A DNA stretch of 41,219 nucleotides from a virus (taxonomy: Duplodnaviria > Caudoviricetes), in the IMG/VR virus record IMGVR_UViG_3300020045_002325, positions 1 to 41,219 of that record. The stretch is one strand, 5' to 3'. How positions within the stretch are numbered: position 1 is the first letter of the stretch; every line of letters begins with the position of its first letter. Positions 1 to 9,212 of the stretch are shown piece after piece. The translations under genes were made by a program, and so were the position numbers. Below the pieces are notes generated by a model, which was not told the origin of the DNA, made no database searches, and was given only the letters and a program-made list of their open reading frames with translations.

Positions 1-315
1 GTTAATCTGTTAAGTAACGCTTTAGCTAAATTATCTTTACCAAATATCTCTACTGCGTCATCATAAGCATCAGACAATATCTGCAGTTCTATCTCTAGGT
101 CGCGAATCTTACTTTGCTGCTAAAGAACTTTCTCTTCTAGATACTTAACGGTCATTCTGCTTGCTCCTTACCTTGTACGTTATTGTCATACATAACACCC
201 AGCAGAAGGTTTACCGCCTGAACTACCATCTGTACGTGCTGGGGATGGAGCGCATTCCACTCAGGTAATCCTTGGGTTGTGTCACGCATTCCATTGTAGA
301 ATTTAATTACGTCCA

Positions 316-771
316 TTATTTATCCTTAATTTCAATGTTGTTAAGCAACCTATATTCTAGCTCACTCTCAAACAATTCTTCAACATACGTACCTTTAATT
401 CCATGCTGAGTCTTTAGTACAGCCCAGATGTGCTCGTCTGTCATATCCTTCAGTGCAACATACGTCTTCTTCTGCTTTCCACCCTTACCGTATGTACCCC
501 ACACGAATGCCTCGCGTTGTAGATCAAAAGCATCTGCAGTTGTAACCGTCATATCAACATAAGGTACTGCATTTACTGAACGTCGTCGGTAATGATCCGT
601 ACCACTGTCCACGAAGTATAACTCACCTGACACTGTATCCATGTGCGGTATGTAGTCCCAACGGGAGTAGCTACGCAGGATTGTATTATCTGGGGTTTGG
701 ATGGCATTGCGTAGGACGTACACGGGTTTTACATTCTCTACTGAGTTTGTTGTTTCTTGAGTGTGGTACAT
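316..771 (-). CDS. hypothetical phage protein
   Basis: 151-aa ORF in a tightly packed leftward operon with an AGGAG RBS; contains a WGTYGK motif. Confidence 0.7.
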   Translation of the reverse strand: MYHTQETTNSVENVKPVYVLRNAIQTPDNTILRSYSRWDYIPHMDTVSGELYFVDSGTDHYRRRSVNAVPYVDMTVTTADAFDLQREAFVWGTYGKGGKQKKTYVALKDMTDEHIWAVLKTQHGIKGTYVEELFESELEYRLLNNIEIKDK

Positions 772-773
772 GA

Positions 774-1040
774 TTACTCCTTTAAGAGTCCGAGCCTATC
801 GGAATCGTCCTTATTGCTGGGTATGTTATGAAGAATACAATCCGGGCTAATCCGTAAGTATCCTTCGTCTGTTTTACTCTCCATTAGCTCCTCTGAATTA
901 TACCCACAAACCCACGTCTGTCCGAAGCGTCTTGTCTGTAGGAATGTACAGGAACCTTCTTTGGTTCTACAGACTGGTGTACCGCTTGGTGCGTGGTATG
1001 TTTTAATCTTGATTGTCTTGTAGGTCTTACTGTCTGTCAT
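774..1040 (-). CDS. hypothetical Cys-containing phage protein
   Basis: 88-aa ORF; ATGA overlap with the upstream gene. Confidence 0.6.
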   Translation of the reverse strand: MTDSKTYKTIKIKTYHAPSGTPVCRTKEGSCTFLQTRRFGQTWVCGYNSEELMESKTDEGYLRISPDCILHNIPSNKDDSDRLGLLKE

Positions 1041-1690
1041 TCTGATTCCTTCTTAATAATTAAATCCAAACCCGTATCGTAACGCTGCTGATCACATTTA
1101 GGGTACTCTTGTATTTTAACGTACTGCAGCTTACTAAGCATAATACGCTTGTCTGTGGCACTACCTATGAACTGAAAATACCTGTGTTTCTCCAGAGGTT
1201 TAACCATCTCTATATTATTCTCCTTGGCCCACCTAGTAGGATCAGTTATTCCACGATCACGTAGTGTCATTGGGTGTGTTCGTTTACCATCAACAATATA
1301 GGCTTTGTCATGGGATTTAGTTGCACCAGTGTACACCCAGTTAGTTGCTTGGTAGATAATCCCACAATGTCCTTGCTCCATATCTGCATAGCTGACAACA
1401 GCGCAGGGTTTAATAGGGAGCATTTTTAAGCTGTTAGCTACGAGGAAACTAGCTGCATTCTTTGTCTTAGTTTGAACGACTACCCTAGACAGTTCATACA
1501 GTCTAAAATCTCTGTCTTTGAAAGCGTATTTCTGAATAGGTGGTGATGGTTGTCCATACACAGCAACACCAACAATAAAACCATCTTCTTCTAGACCAAA
1601 GCCAGCCCAGAATATTGAAGCTCGGTGACTGTAATGCTGTTGAGTTACAAAAAGTTCACATGTTGCTTTATCGAGTTTAACTACTTTCAT
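1037..1690 (-). CDS. mom: Mom-like (GNAT-fold) DNA adenine modification protein
   Basis: Motifs HYSH, ELSR, NAASFLVANSLKML and VVSYAD..QGH.G.IYQATNW.YTG, typical of the phage Mu Mom family. Confidence 0.8.
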   Translation of the reverse strand: MKVVKLDKATCELFVTQQHYSHRASIFWAGFGLEEDGFIVGVAVYGQPSPPIQKYAFKDRDFRLYELSRVVVQTKTKNAASFLVANSLKMLPIKPCAVVSYADMEQGHCGIIYQATNWVYTGATKSHDKAYIVDGKRTHPMTLRDRGITDPTRWAKENNIEMVKPLEKHRYFQFIGSATDKRIMLSKLQYVKIQEYPKCDQQRYDTGLDLIIKKESE

Positions 1691-1845
1691 TCTGTGCTTA
1701 CTTTAATAATCAGCTCACGAACGTACTCTGTCCAAGGGAGTATTTCTTGTTCTTTACACTGAAGATGCGCAAGAGACTCTATGATAAACACACAGCCTTT
1801 TAACGCCTTTACCACTTCCGTCTGATTAACGTTGCACTCATTCAT
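1687..1845 (-). CDS. small hypothetical protein (52 aa, MNECNVNQ...ELIIKVSTE)
   Basis: Read manually; fills the gap and overlaps the start/stop of both neighbours. Confidence 0.5.
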   Translation of the reverse strand: MNECNVNQTEVVKALKGCVFIIESLAHLQCKEQEILPWTEYVRELIIKVSTE

Positions 1846-2009
1846 TATTCTGCTTCCTTCTTAATATAAGCTTTAATCTGCTCTACTCGCACTTGTACTT
1901 CTTCAAGCATAGACGGTGAACGTGAGGTTGAATTCACGTAGCCTTCGCAGCATTCTAACGTCTCTTTTACATCCAGTAGAAGCTTCTGTAGTTTAGTATC
2001 TATTGTCAT
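1845..2009 (-). CDS. small hypothetical protein (54 aa, MTIDTKLQ...YIKKEAE)
   Basis: Read manually; GGAG RBS upstream and TAATG coupling to the next gene. Confidence 0.5.
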   Translation of the reverse strand: MTIDTKLQKLLLDVKETLECCEGYVNSTSRSPSMLEEVQVRVEQIKAYIKKEAE

Positions 2010-2090
2010 TTTAGTACATACTCCACAAGTAAAATTACTAAATTAAGAAGAGATGATATTAGAACAACATCTATTACGAACCTCAGTGTT

Positions 2091-2387
2091 TTATCCATTT
2101 AATACTCCTTTGATTGTTTTTACACATGCATCATACGCTAAACCAGAAATCATTACAGCAATTCTATCCTTTACATCTTCGGTTAGCGCCGTGTAATCCA
2201 TCTGACAACTCTCGTTATTCTGGATGCTTACGAACTGAACAGATTCTACCTCAAACCATCCGTTGTAATCCCAGTCTGAATCCACGCACCTATGATTTGG
2301 TTCTTGACCATCGCAATCCACGTAGCATTCTACAGTGAATTCATCACCGTTCTCATCCTCTATGCTGAAATCTAGGTTTACTTGCAT
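2091..2387 (-). CDS. acidic hypothetical phage protein
   Basis: 98-aa ORF with AAGGA RBS, abutting the upstream gene. Confidence 0.6.
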   Translation of the reverse strand: MQVNLDFSIEDENGDEFTVECYVDCDGQEPNHRCVDSDWDYNGWFEVESVQFVSIQNNESCQMDYTALTEDVKDRIAVMISGLAYDACVKTIKGVLNG

Positions 2388-2612
2388 TTATTGTTCCTTT
2401 GTTTCGTTGATAGGTTCCTTCGGACTAGCTGGAATGTACATCCAGTACAACGGAGGTTTGATCTGGACTGGCAACCAACCATAGTACGTACGGTACTCCA
2501 AACGTCTCCATCCTCGTTTATTGGCGTACTCAGCAGTCATTGAATCTGGCGCTTCATACGGATACACTAGAACGTCCGTAAAGGCCTTAGGAAGAGCCTC
2601 TGATGTCTTCAC
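2388..2612 (-). CDS. DUF551-like small phage protein (start may lie further upstream)
   Basis: Pattern 'SE.LP....VLV ... YWM.IP..P'. Confidence 0.45.
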   Translation of the reverse strand: MKTSEALPKAFTDVLVYPYEAPDSMTAEYANKRGWRRLEYRTYYGWLPVQIKPPLYWMYIPASPKEPINETKEQ

Positions 2613-2720
2613 CCATGCTGTAGGTGCCTTGGGTTGTAAAAGCGCAGGAAACGCTCGTACATCATCTCTAGTAACTCCTCGTTTGTAAGTGGTGCTTGCA
2701 TGTTATCCTTTCGTTACTAT

Positions 2721-3002
2721 TTATCGGTACTCGCCGTCTTTTCTCACGTGCTTGATTCTGTGCTTAACTAGATATGCACGTTGTCTGTCACTGGTTGAAT
2801 TATAGCCGTAAATCTCGTGTTGTACGATCCTTTCTTTCTGGGGTTTTGGTGGGCCTATGAATATTCTAGCCATCTCTGAACACCAAAGGATTTCAGCGCA
2901 CAACGATGGAAACTTAGGCCGTTGCCATGCTGGTGCTGCTGGGACTGTAGGAATAGGTGTGATTGCTTTGGTATAAGCGGAAAGGTCTTGTTCGTAGCTC
3001 AT
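2721..3002 (-). CDS. hypothetical protein, first gene of the leftward operon
   Basis: 93-aa ORF downstream of a -10-like TAAGAT on the minus strand. Confidence 0.55.
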   Translation of the reverse strand: MSYEQDLSAYTKAITPIPTVPAAPAWQRPKFPSLCAEILWCSEMARIFIGPPKPQKERIVQHEIYGYNSTSDRQRAYLVKHRIKHVRKDGEYR

Positions 3003-3150
3003 GTGTTTCTCTGTGTGTTTAAGATGCCTATATCTTAGCGTGTTTTCTTGTGTGTTGCGTGAAATTCAAGGAATTTATTTTAAGTATTTTACTAGTGTTC
3101 CACAGATAGACATGGTACACTGTAGTTTCCGTAACAACAAAGGACTATTA

Positions 3151-3408
3151 ATGTTTAATATACCAAGTGACATTCTTTCTGACACTATTCTTTCTAGCTC
3201 AACAAAGCTCGTGTACTTGTACATCGTAGGGTCTATCCCAATGAGTCCTCAGCTCTCCTATGAGACAATAGCAAAAGCTACAGGGATTACCCGCATGAGC
3301 GCCATCAGGTGTACTCAGCACTTGATTGATGCTGGATTGCTTGAGAGAACTAAGGATTCTAAGGGGTGGTTGCACTACAGTGTGGTACAGTCCAGCACTA
3401 ATCAATAA
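3151..3408 (+). CDS. winged helix-turn-helix DNA-binding protein
   Basis: 'LSSSTKLVYLYI...SYETIAKATGITRMSAIRCTQHLIDAGLL'; start moved to ATG 3151 behind AAGGA. Confidence 0.75.
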   Translation: MFNIPSDILSDTILSSSTKLVYLYIVGSIPMSPQLSYETIAKATGITRMSAIRCTQHLIDAGLLERTKDSKGWLHYSVVQSSTNQ

Positions 3409-3418
3409 GGAACACTAA

Positions 3419-3931
3419 ATGACAACAGTTCACGTCCAGCACAACTCAGGTAACAATGAGTGGTACACGCCAGTTTATCTGATAGAAGCAGCAAGGTCAG
3501 TGATGGGTACTATCAGTACAGACCCAGCATCTTGTCCAGTAGCACAAATCAATGTTAAAGCTGAAGTATTTTATACACAAGAAACAGACGGTCTAGATAA
3601 GCACTGGTTCGGTAACGTATGGATGAATCCTCCGTATAGTTCAAAGCTAGTCAAGCAGTTCATTGAAAAACTAAAGCACGAGATACATATTGGTAATACA
3701 CAACAAGCTGTAGTGCTGGTTAATAACACAACAGAAACGCAGGCTGGACAATCTTTGCTTAGTATGTGCGATGCTGTGTGTTTCCTGAAAGGTAGGGTGA
3801 AATTCTTGGATGAAACAGGAGAACCAAAGAAAACACCACTACAGGGACAAATGGTTCTTTACTTCGGTGACAACACAAGTAAGTTCATGTTTAACTTTCA
3901 AGAGTTAGGCACAGTTTTCATTAGTCAGTAA
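3419..3931 (+). CDS. phage DNA N6-adenine methyltransferase (Dam-like)
   Basis: EWYTP, DPAS, DGL...W and WMNPPYS (NPPY catalytic motif). Confidence 0.88.
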   Translation: MTTVHVQHNSGNNEWYTPVYLIEAARSVMGTISTDPASCPVAQINVKAEVFYTQETDGLDKHWFGNVWMNPPYSSKLVKQFIEKLKHEIHIGNTQQAVVLVNNTTETQAGQSLLSMCDAVCFLKGRVKFLDETGEPKKTPLQGQMVLYFGDNTSKFMFNFQELGTVFISQ

Positions 3932-3961
3932 ATTAACTAACAAGTATTTCAGGAAGAAATT

Positions 3962-4147
3962 ATGAAAATTACATTAAACACCGAGGCATCGTCTATGCTG
4001 ATACAGGCACGTCAGTTATCAGATAAGAATTTCAATAGCTTAATTAAAGAGTCTATGGAACTTCTAGTAGAAAAGTACACAAATCAATCAACCACAAAGG
4101 AACACAATGTTCAACAAAACAGAAAAGACCCACCAGAACACACTTAA
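3962..4147 (+). CDS. small putative ribbon-helix-helix-like protein
   Basis: 61 aa; beta-strand followed by two helices pattern; AGGA RBS. Confidence 0.45.
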   Translation: MKITLNTEASSMLIQARQLSDKNFNSLIKESMELLVEKYTNQSTTKEHNVQQNRKDPPEHT

Positions 4148-4511
4148 ATATGTACGTTTACCATTAGAAATGCTAGCCGAGCCTTGGGTAGCTAATGCTG
4201 ATATTATTGTGTACGCTTATATGCTTAATCGTTTTAACTTCTTCAAGGCGTTGCAAAAGAGGTACTACGAGAACATCAGGGACATAGCAGAAGGTGTTAA
4301 GCAAGACGAGACAACTGTCAAGAGAGCTATCAAGAAACTGAAGGAGCACTCTTACCTAACTGTGAGTAAAGTTAAGGTTGGTCTTGGTGTCAGCAATAGT
4401 TATGATGTAGTGGACGTACACTCAGTAATGGATGTGAAGCCCGTCAATGCAGCAGTGGATAAACCAAAGGTTAAATTGAAGGAAGATGAGGACGAAAATT
4501 TACCTTGGTGA
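4107..4511 (+). CDS. HTH protein, candidate replication initiator
   Basis: 'IIVYAYML...IRDIAEGVKQDETTVKRAIKKLKEHSYL...SNSY' resembles the N-terminal wHTH of phage replication proteins; followed by iteron-like repeats. Confidence 0.6.
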   Translation: MFNKTEKTHQNTLKYVRLPLEMLAEPWVANADIIVYAYMLNRFNFFKALQKRYYENIRDIAEGVKQDETTVKRAIKKLKEHSYLTVSKVKVGLGVSNSYDVVDVHSVMDVKPVNAAVDKPKVKLKEDEDENLPW

Positions 4512-4538
4512 CGTAGGCTAGAAAGTGTGTTTTACCAT

Positions 4539-4620
4539 TTCTACAAAGGGTTTTTTACACCTTCTACAAAGGGTGAAATACCCTCATAGAATAAAGGAGG
4601 AGAATAAAAGAAAAGAATAA
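4539..4620 (+). repeat. iteron-like direct repeats (TTCTACAAAGGGT x2 at 4539 and 4562; AGAATAAA x3)
   Basis: Seen directly in the 510-bp intergenic region. Confidence 0.6.
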
Positions 4621-4655
4621 ACGAAGGTTATACTTAAGTTAAACCTTATGTATAG

Positions 4656-4692
4656 CGTGCATTACAATCTACTTCGTAGGGTGCATCGCACA
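4656..4692 (+). repeat. 37-bp element, copy 1 (inverted copy at 24531-24567)
   Basis: 34/37 identical to the reverse complement of 24531-24567. Confidence 0.85.
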
Positions 4693-5022
4693 TACACATT
4701 AAGTTCCAGCACAAGAATAAAGAAGTAACCTAAAACTAGAAAGCAACCAAGACAGAGACAAACCAAGAACTTAAGCAAGCACTACATGGAAGAAGCTACA
4801 GCTTAACTTAAGTACATGCTGATCTTCTTTGTTGCTTATTCTTTAGCTCTTTTATTCTTTATTTATAGAATTGTGCTAAAGCCGAAGGCTGAACCTAAGG
4901 TTCAATGCAGGGTCACTACGCAATGCAACTTATGTTCTTTCGTTTATCGCGTGTTGAACCTGCATTACACCTAGAACTTGTGCTAACATCCTTACACCTT
5001 AACCAACTAACTGAAAGACAAC

Positions 5023-6120
5023 ATGACTCAAGTGCAACCAGAAATGCAAATTCAAACTTACCTTAAAACCCACGGTCTATCAAAGCTACAGTCTGAGCTT
5101 GGTATCAAGGTTAAGCTCTACGAAAACGAAGGTTTAATGGTACTGAACTACTCTCAAGTTGATTCACCTAAGAGTCATCCTGTTGTTATGGAATGTCGTG
5201 GCTTGATCTTAGATACAGAATTTAATGTAGTGTCTAGGTCTATGGACAGATTTTTTAACTTAAATGAGGTTCCAGAATCACAGTCACACATCGACATGAG
5301 TAAAGCTATTTGTTACCAGAAGGTTGATGGCAGTCTTATCCGTATCTATAACCACAGAGGTACATGGTACGTAGCTACACGCGGTATGGCCTTTGCTGAG
5401 GCTACTGTGAATGGTTTTGACGTGACATTCAAGGAGCTTGTACTGAGGGCTTTGGACTGTACAGAACTGGAGTTTCAAGAACGGTGTTTACAGTGGTTAA
5501 ACCCTGCAGTTACGTACATCTGTGAGATTACATCAACTGAGAATCGTTGTGTGAAGTCCTACATTGGCTACACCTTATGGTATCTGACTGCACGTCATAA
5601 CAGCACTTACAAGTACCTAGACGAATCAGACAAAGCTCACGTATTTGGTATGTCATTTCCGAAGGGTTATACATTCAACTCTTTATTGGACTGTAAGGAA
5701 GACGTACAGAACCTAAAGAACCTCGATGAAGGTTACGTACTCTACCAAGACATGATTCCAGTGTGTAAGATCAAATCACCTGCGTATTGTGCAGTGCATC
5801 TTCTGCGTGGTGAAGGGTTGAATCCTAAGAGTATCAGTGAGCTTGTACTAACAGGTGAACAGGAGGAGTACTTAGCGTATTTCCCAGAGGATCGTGCATT
5901 CATTCAAGAGTACGTAGATAAACTCCAGAGTATTATGCTGGACTTGAACACAGCTTATGAGACGTGCAGTTCAATCCAAGATCAGAAAGAGTTCGCTCTG
6001 GCTATTCGTGCTGTGAAAGGTAATAGCGTATTGTTCATGGCACGTAAGATGAATAAAACAGTACAACAAGCATTTAAATCCATACCTGATACAGCAAAGC
6101 TCAAAATGTTGATGGAATAG
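5023..6120 (+). CDS. RNA ligase, T4 Rnl1-like
   Basis: ECRGLILD, RFFN, adenylation motif I KVDGSL, EGYV, KIKS. Confidence 0.88.
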   Translation: MTQVQPEMQIQTYLKTHGLSKLQSELGIKVKLYENEGLMVLNYSQVDSPKSHPVVMECRGLILDTEFNVVSRSMDRFFNLNEVPESQSHIDMSKAICYQKVDGSLIRIYNHRGTWYVATRGMAFAEATVNGFDVTFKELVLRALDCTELEFQERCLQWLNPAVTYICEITSTENRCVKSYIGYTLWYLTARHNSTYKYLDESDKAHVFGMSFPKGYTFNSLLDCKEDVQNLKNLDEGYVLYQDMIPVCKIKSPAYCAVHLLRGEGLNPKSISELVLTGEQEEYLAYFPEDRAFIQEYVDKLQSIMLDLNTAYETCSSIQDQKEFALAIRAVKGNSVLFMARKMNKTVQQAFKSIPDTAKLKMLME

Positions 6121-6160
6121 TGCTAAGATCACCACAGCTTAACCAACTAAGAAAGACAGT

Positions 6161-6385
6161 ATGAAAATCATAACCTTCACAAAGAACCAACTAAATAGAT
6201 TAGTGTATTTCAACAAAATAGGTGCACCTGTGTTTATCCGTGGTAGTACAGGAATAAGCGACTACTCATATGTCTACGAAGACCGTGGAACGCATAATGT
6301 AGTGCATCTAGTTAAAGATAGTTTTGAGGTACACGCTACTTATGTTCTTTGGTCAAGCTCTTTTATTACAGACAAACATGAGTAA
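6161..6385 (+). CDS. hypothetical protein
   Basis: 74-aa ORF with the same leader as the RNA ligase gene. Confidence 0.55.
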   Translation: MKIITFTKNQLNRLVYFNKIGAPVFIRGSTGISDYSYVYEDRGTHNVVHLVKDSFEVHATYVLWSSSFITDKHE

Positions 6386-6653
6386 ACTCCATGAACTCCT
6401 CCAGCTCAAAGCTCAAGGTATCACACCAGTTCAACCCCAGCACATCTCAGATAAACAACGCAAAGAACTCCAAGCTTGTATGGTCGTATCTATCAAGGGT
6501 GCAACAGCAAAAGAGCGCAGGGAAGCACGTGAGATGTTCTACACGCTTCTGGACAGCATAGACCCTGAATTGATCTATGATGAGTGCATGATGTATAACG
6601 GACGCAGGAACTACAGGACTATCGGAGATATGCAAAGTATGCAGCGTTGGTAA
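6378..6653 (+). CDS. hypothetical protein
   Basis: ORF; likely start ATG 6378, overlapping the upstream gene end. Confidence 0.55.
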   Translation: MSKLHELLQLKAQGITPVQPQHISDKQRKELQACMVVSIKGATAKERREAREMFYTLLDSIDPELIYDECMMYNGRRNYRTIGDMQSMQRW

Positions 6654-6702
6654 TGTGGAAATGCTGTTAGACTATGGACTTATTAATTACAAAGGAACAG
6701 AT

Positions 6703-7125
6703 ATGAACCACAACACAGAATTAACCAAATGCTCTAAAACGCTCTATAACTGCGTTAAACCCAAGTTGGCTACCTTCGTATCAACTACCATGCTCTCGTT
6801 CATTCTAGGGTGCTCTACGCCCGTCCTAGCGGGATCTATGCAAACCGACGAAGTACAGTTCGCTAAGCTGTGCTTTACCTTGAGTAATTCAGTGTATGAT
6901 ATTGTGCAGAAACCAGAAGCTAAGGCTGTAGCACAAAAGGACTATCTACTAGCTACGTTCGATAACAAAGGTCTATCTGAAGCATACGAGGATTTGTTCT
7001 ATTTGGCTCAGGCGAAGAAAGAAATCTACAAGAATCAGAACCTGAAGGCATATTTGCGGTTGCACTGCACTGGTATTATACGGAAAGCAATGGACAAGGG
7101 CTATGCTGCTTATCTGACTGAATGA
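6703..7125 (+). CDS. hypothetical protein, possibly exported
   Basis: AAGGA RBS before ATG 6703; hydrophobic stretch ending in 'PVLA'. Confidence 0.55.
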   Translation: MNHNTELTKCSKTLYNCVKPKLATFVSTTMLSFILGCSTPVLAGSMQTDEVQFAKLCFTLSNSVYDIVQKPEAKAVAQKDYLLATFDNKGLSEAYEDLFYLAQAKKEIYKNQNLKAYLRLHCTGIIRKAMDKGYAAYLTE

Positions 7126-7156
7126 TTATTTTATTAACTGCTTAAAGGAACTTAAG

Positions 7157-7531
7157 ATGACACACCAAGAAGAACTCCGATTAAACAAAGAACAGCAAGA
7201 AATTAAACGATTTAAGCTGAATCTTCTACTGCAAGAAGTACGCTGTACTGAAGCGGAGATTGCAAACTTAGAACAAGCTGGTTGTAACTGGGTGTTTGAA
7301 ACGCACTATGACGCTGAGTACCACATTCGAGAGTACTACGAGAACGTTGCGTACCAAGCCTGCGAGGGTTCTTACAATCGAGGTGATGATGAATATGAGC
7401 AGAGTTATCAGTTAATTGCTTCTGACTTTATCTATCAAGGAGTATTTAAAGTAGAATACAACCGACACGACAAACAGTACTACTATATTGATGGTACATC
7501 ATACGAATTCACTCAGGTTTATCCTGCTTGA
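7157..7531 (+). CDS. hypothetical phage protein
   Basis: 124-aa ORF with AAGGA RBS. Confidence 0.65.
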   Translation: MTHQEELRLNKEQQEIKRFKLNLLLQEVRCTEAEIANLEQAGCNWVFETHYDAEYHIREYYENVAYQACEGSYNRGDDEYEQSYQLIASDFIYQGVFKVEYNRHDKQYYYIDGTSYEFTQVYPA

Positions 7532-7554
7532 GCTTAAATAACCTGAAAGATTAA

Positions 7555-7803
7555 ATGTACAACACAAGAAAATGGTTAAATAAAAAGAATAGTATGTCTT
7601 CTGGTTCTGTGTTTATCTACGAAGGAAAGTATCCGTATAATGGATCAAAACTAGTTGATAGCAAATTCATAGAAATATCTGATTGTCACTCGAAGGTGAG
7701 GCTACATAAGTCTTTTGCTGATTCTGATAAGGACTGGGAATACAAGGTAGATAGGCTGATTAAAGAATTAATCAAGTACAGAGACTATATGGACAATAAA
7801 TAA
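7555..7803 (+). CDS. hypothetical phage protein
   Basis: 82 aa; RKWLN...EISDCHSKVRLH. Confidence 0.65.
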   Translation: MYNTRKWLNKKNSMSSGSVFIYEGKYPYNGSKLVDSKFIEISDCHSKVRLHKSFADSDKDWEYKVDRLIKELIKYRDYMDNK

Positions 7804-7827
7804 TTCACTAATTACAAAGGAAAACAA

Positions 7828-8322
7828 ATGCTACTTAAACAAGAATTCAATGACTTGACCGACCGTTACCACTTCAATACAGACGAGGAAATCCTAGCTG
7901 CATTCGTGTGGTCAAAAGCTGAACAAGCCCAGCAAGAGAGCTACAAACAAGAGGATCAGCAGCAGTGTACTGACATTGAAACAGCAGAGAATAAACGCAC
8001 GGACTTCAGCACAGAAGAAATCCAGAAGTACTATTCTGGTTTTAGCTACTTACCTAAGGATAAAGCACAAGCTAAGATTACCGCAAGTGAAGCTCAGTTC
8101 TTGTCTAGCCTGTTAAAAGTAGCACTGAATACTCTGGAAGAAGTCAAGAAGTACGACAAACATAAAGCTGAAGTAATCTGGCAGATGTGCGATGGTACAC
8201 CAAATACTGTTGATTACTACATAGAACTGAAACAACACTTGAACCGTAAAGACAAGACGAAGAAGCAAGCGAATAAACTCGCGGCTATCCAGAAGAAGCT
8301 CAAGGTTATTGCTAGTTCGTAA
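7828..8322 (+). CDS. hypothetical coiled-coil protein
   Basis: 164-aa ORF with AAGGA RBS. Confidence 0.65.
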   Translation: MLLKQEFNDLTDRYHFNTDEEILAAFVWSKAEQAQQESYKQEDQQQCTDIETAENKRTDFSTEEIQKYYSGFSYLPKDKAQAKITASEAQFLSSLLKVALNTLEEVKKYDKHKAEVIWQMCDGTPNTVDYYIELKQHLNRKDKTKKQANKLAAIQKKLKVIASS

Positions 8323-8340
8323 GTATTTAATATAGAATCT

Positions 8341-8380
8341 AGCCCACAGAACCCATGCAGAAATGTGTGGGCTTTATTTT
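8341..8380 (+). terminator. putative intrinsic terminator
   Basis: CCCATGCA-GAAA-TGTGTGGG hairpin (alternative pairing AGCCCACA/TGTGGGCT) followed by TTTATTTT. Confidence 0.55.
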
Positions 8381-8401
8381 ATTGTACATCTGGAGAATAA
8401 A

Positions 8402-8755
8402 TTGAGTAAACGTAAGAAGTTCGAGTTAATGGCTACGTGCTTTGACAGTAAAGGTCGTGTGATATGCTCCAGACCTAATGCTTATAAGAGCCACCCACAG
8501 CAGAAGATGTTCAGTATAATGGCAGGAATGAGCGCAGAAAGGACGAATCTCCATGCTGAGGTCCATGCACTGTTAGCTTCTAGAAACAGCAAAGGTGTGT
8601 CTAAGGTGCATTCTGTGCTTGTACAGCGGTTTGATTCTAGGGGTAATCCTGCGTTAGCCAAGCCGTGCTTAAGTTGTATGTTAGCTCTTAAGATGTTTAA
8701 CGTGCGTATTCTGAGGTATACTACTTGCAATGGAATCAACGAGGAACACCTATGA
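8402..8755 (+). CDS. cytidine/deoxycytidylate deaminase-family protein
   Basis: Zinc motifs HAE...PCLSC; start taken as TTG 8402 behind GGAG. Confidence 0.75.
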   Translation: MSKRKKFELMATCFDSKGRVICSRPNAYKSHPQQKMFSIMAGMSAERTNLHAEVHALLASRNSKGVSKVHSVLVQRFDSRGNPALAKPCLSCMLALKMFNVRILRYTTCNGINEEHL

Positions 8756-9156
8756 AACACAAACATAAACTAGCATACATGGAATGCGCGGAAGCATTCG
8801 CGAAGTGTAGCGTAGCTCAACGCCTGAAAGTAGGCTCAGTTATTGTGAAAGATAACCGCATAATCTCTTGCGGATACAACGCGCACGCAGCACACATTAA
8901 TGACCCAGTGGAGCTACCAGATGGTGCAACTGACCCTAGGGTACGCCACAGTGAGTTGAACGCTCTGATGGGCCTTGTACGTAGCAACCAGAGTGCATTA
9001 GGTGCTGAGTTGTTCTGCACGCATAGTTGTTGTGTTTATTGCTCAATTGATATTGTTGATGCTGGTATTACTTCCGTGTACTACAGGAACGAGTACAGGG
9101 ATTCATCTGGAATTGAGTACTTACTTGAGCATGGGGTTTTTGTGGAGAGAATGTAG
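8752..9156 (+). CDS. dCMP deaminase
   Basis: A..S...RLKVGSVIVKDNRIISCGYN, HSELNAL, THSCCVYC; ATGA-coupled start at 8752. Confidence 0.85.
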   Translation: MKHKHKLAYMECAEAFAKCSVAQRLKVGSVIVKDNRIISCGYNAHAAHINDPVELPDGATDPRVRHSELNALMGLVRSNQSALGAELFCTHSCCVYCSIDIVDAGITSVYYRNEYRDSSGIEYLLEHGVFVERM

Positions 9157-9212
9157 GCAGTATGTCGTAGAACTGTAGTAGAATTCACTCAGATTAACAA
9201 AGAAAGGTACAC

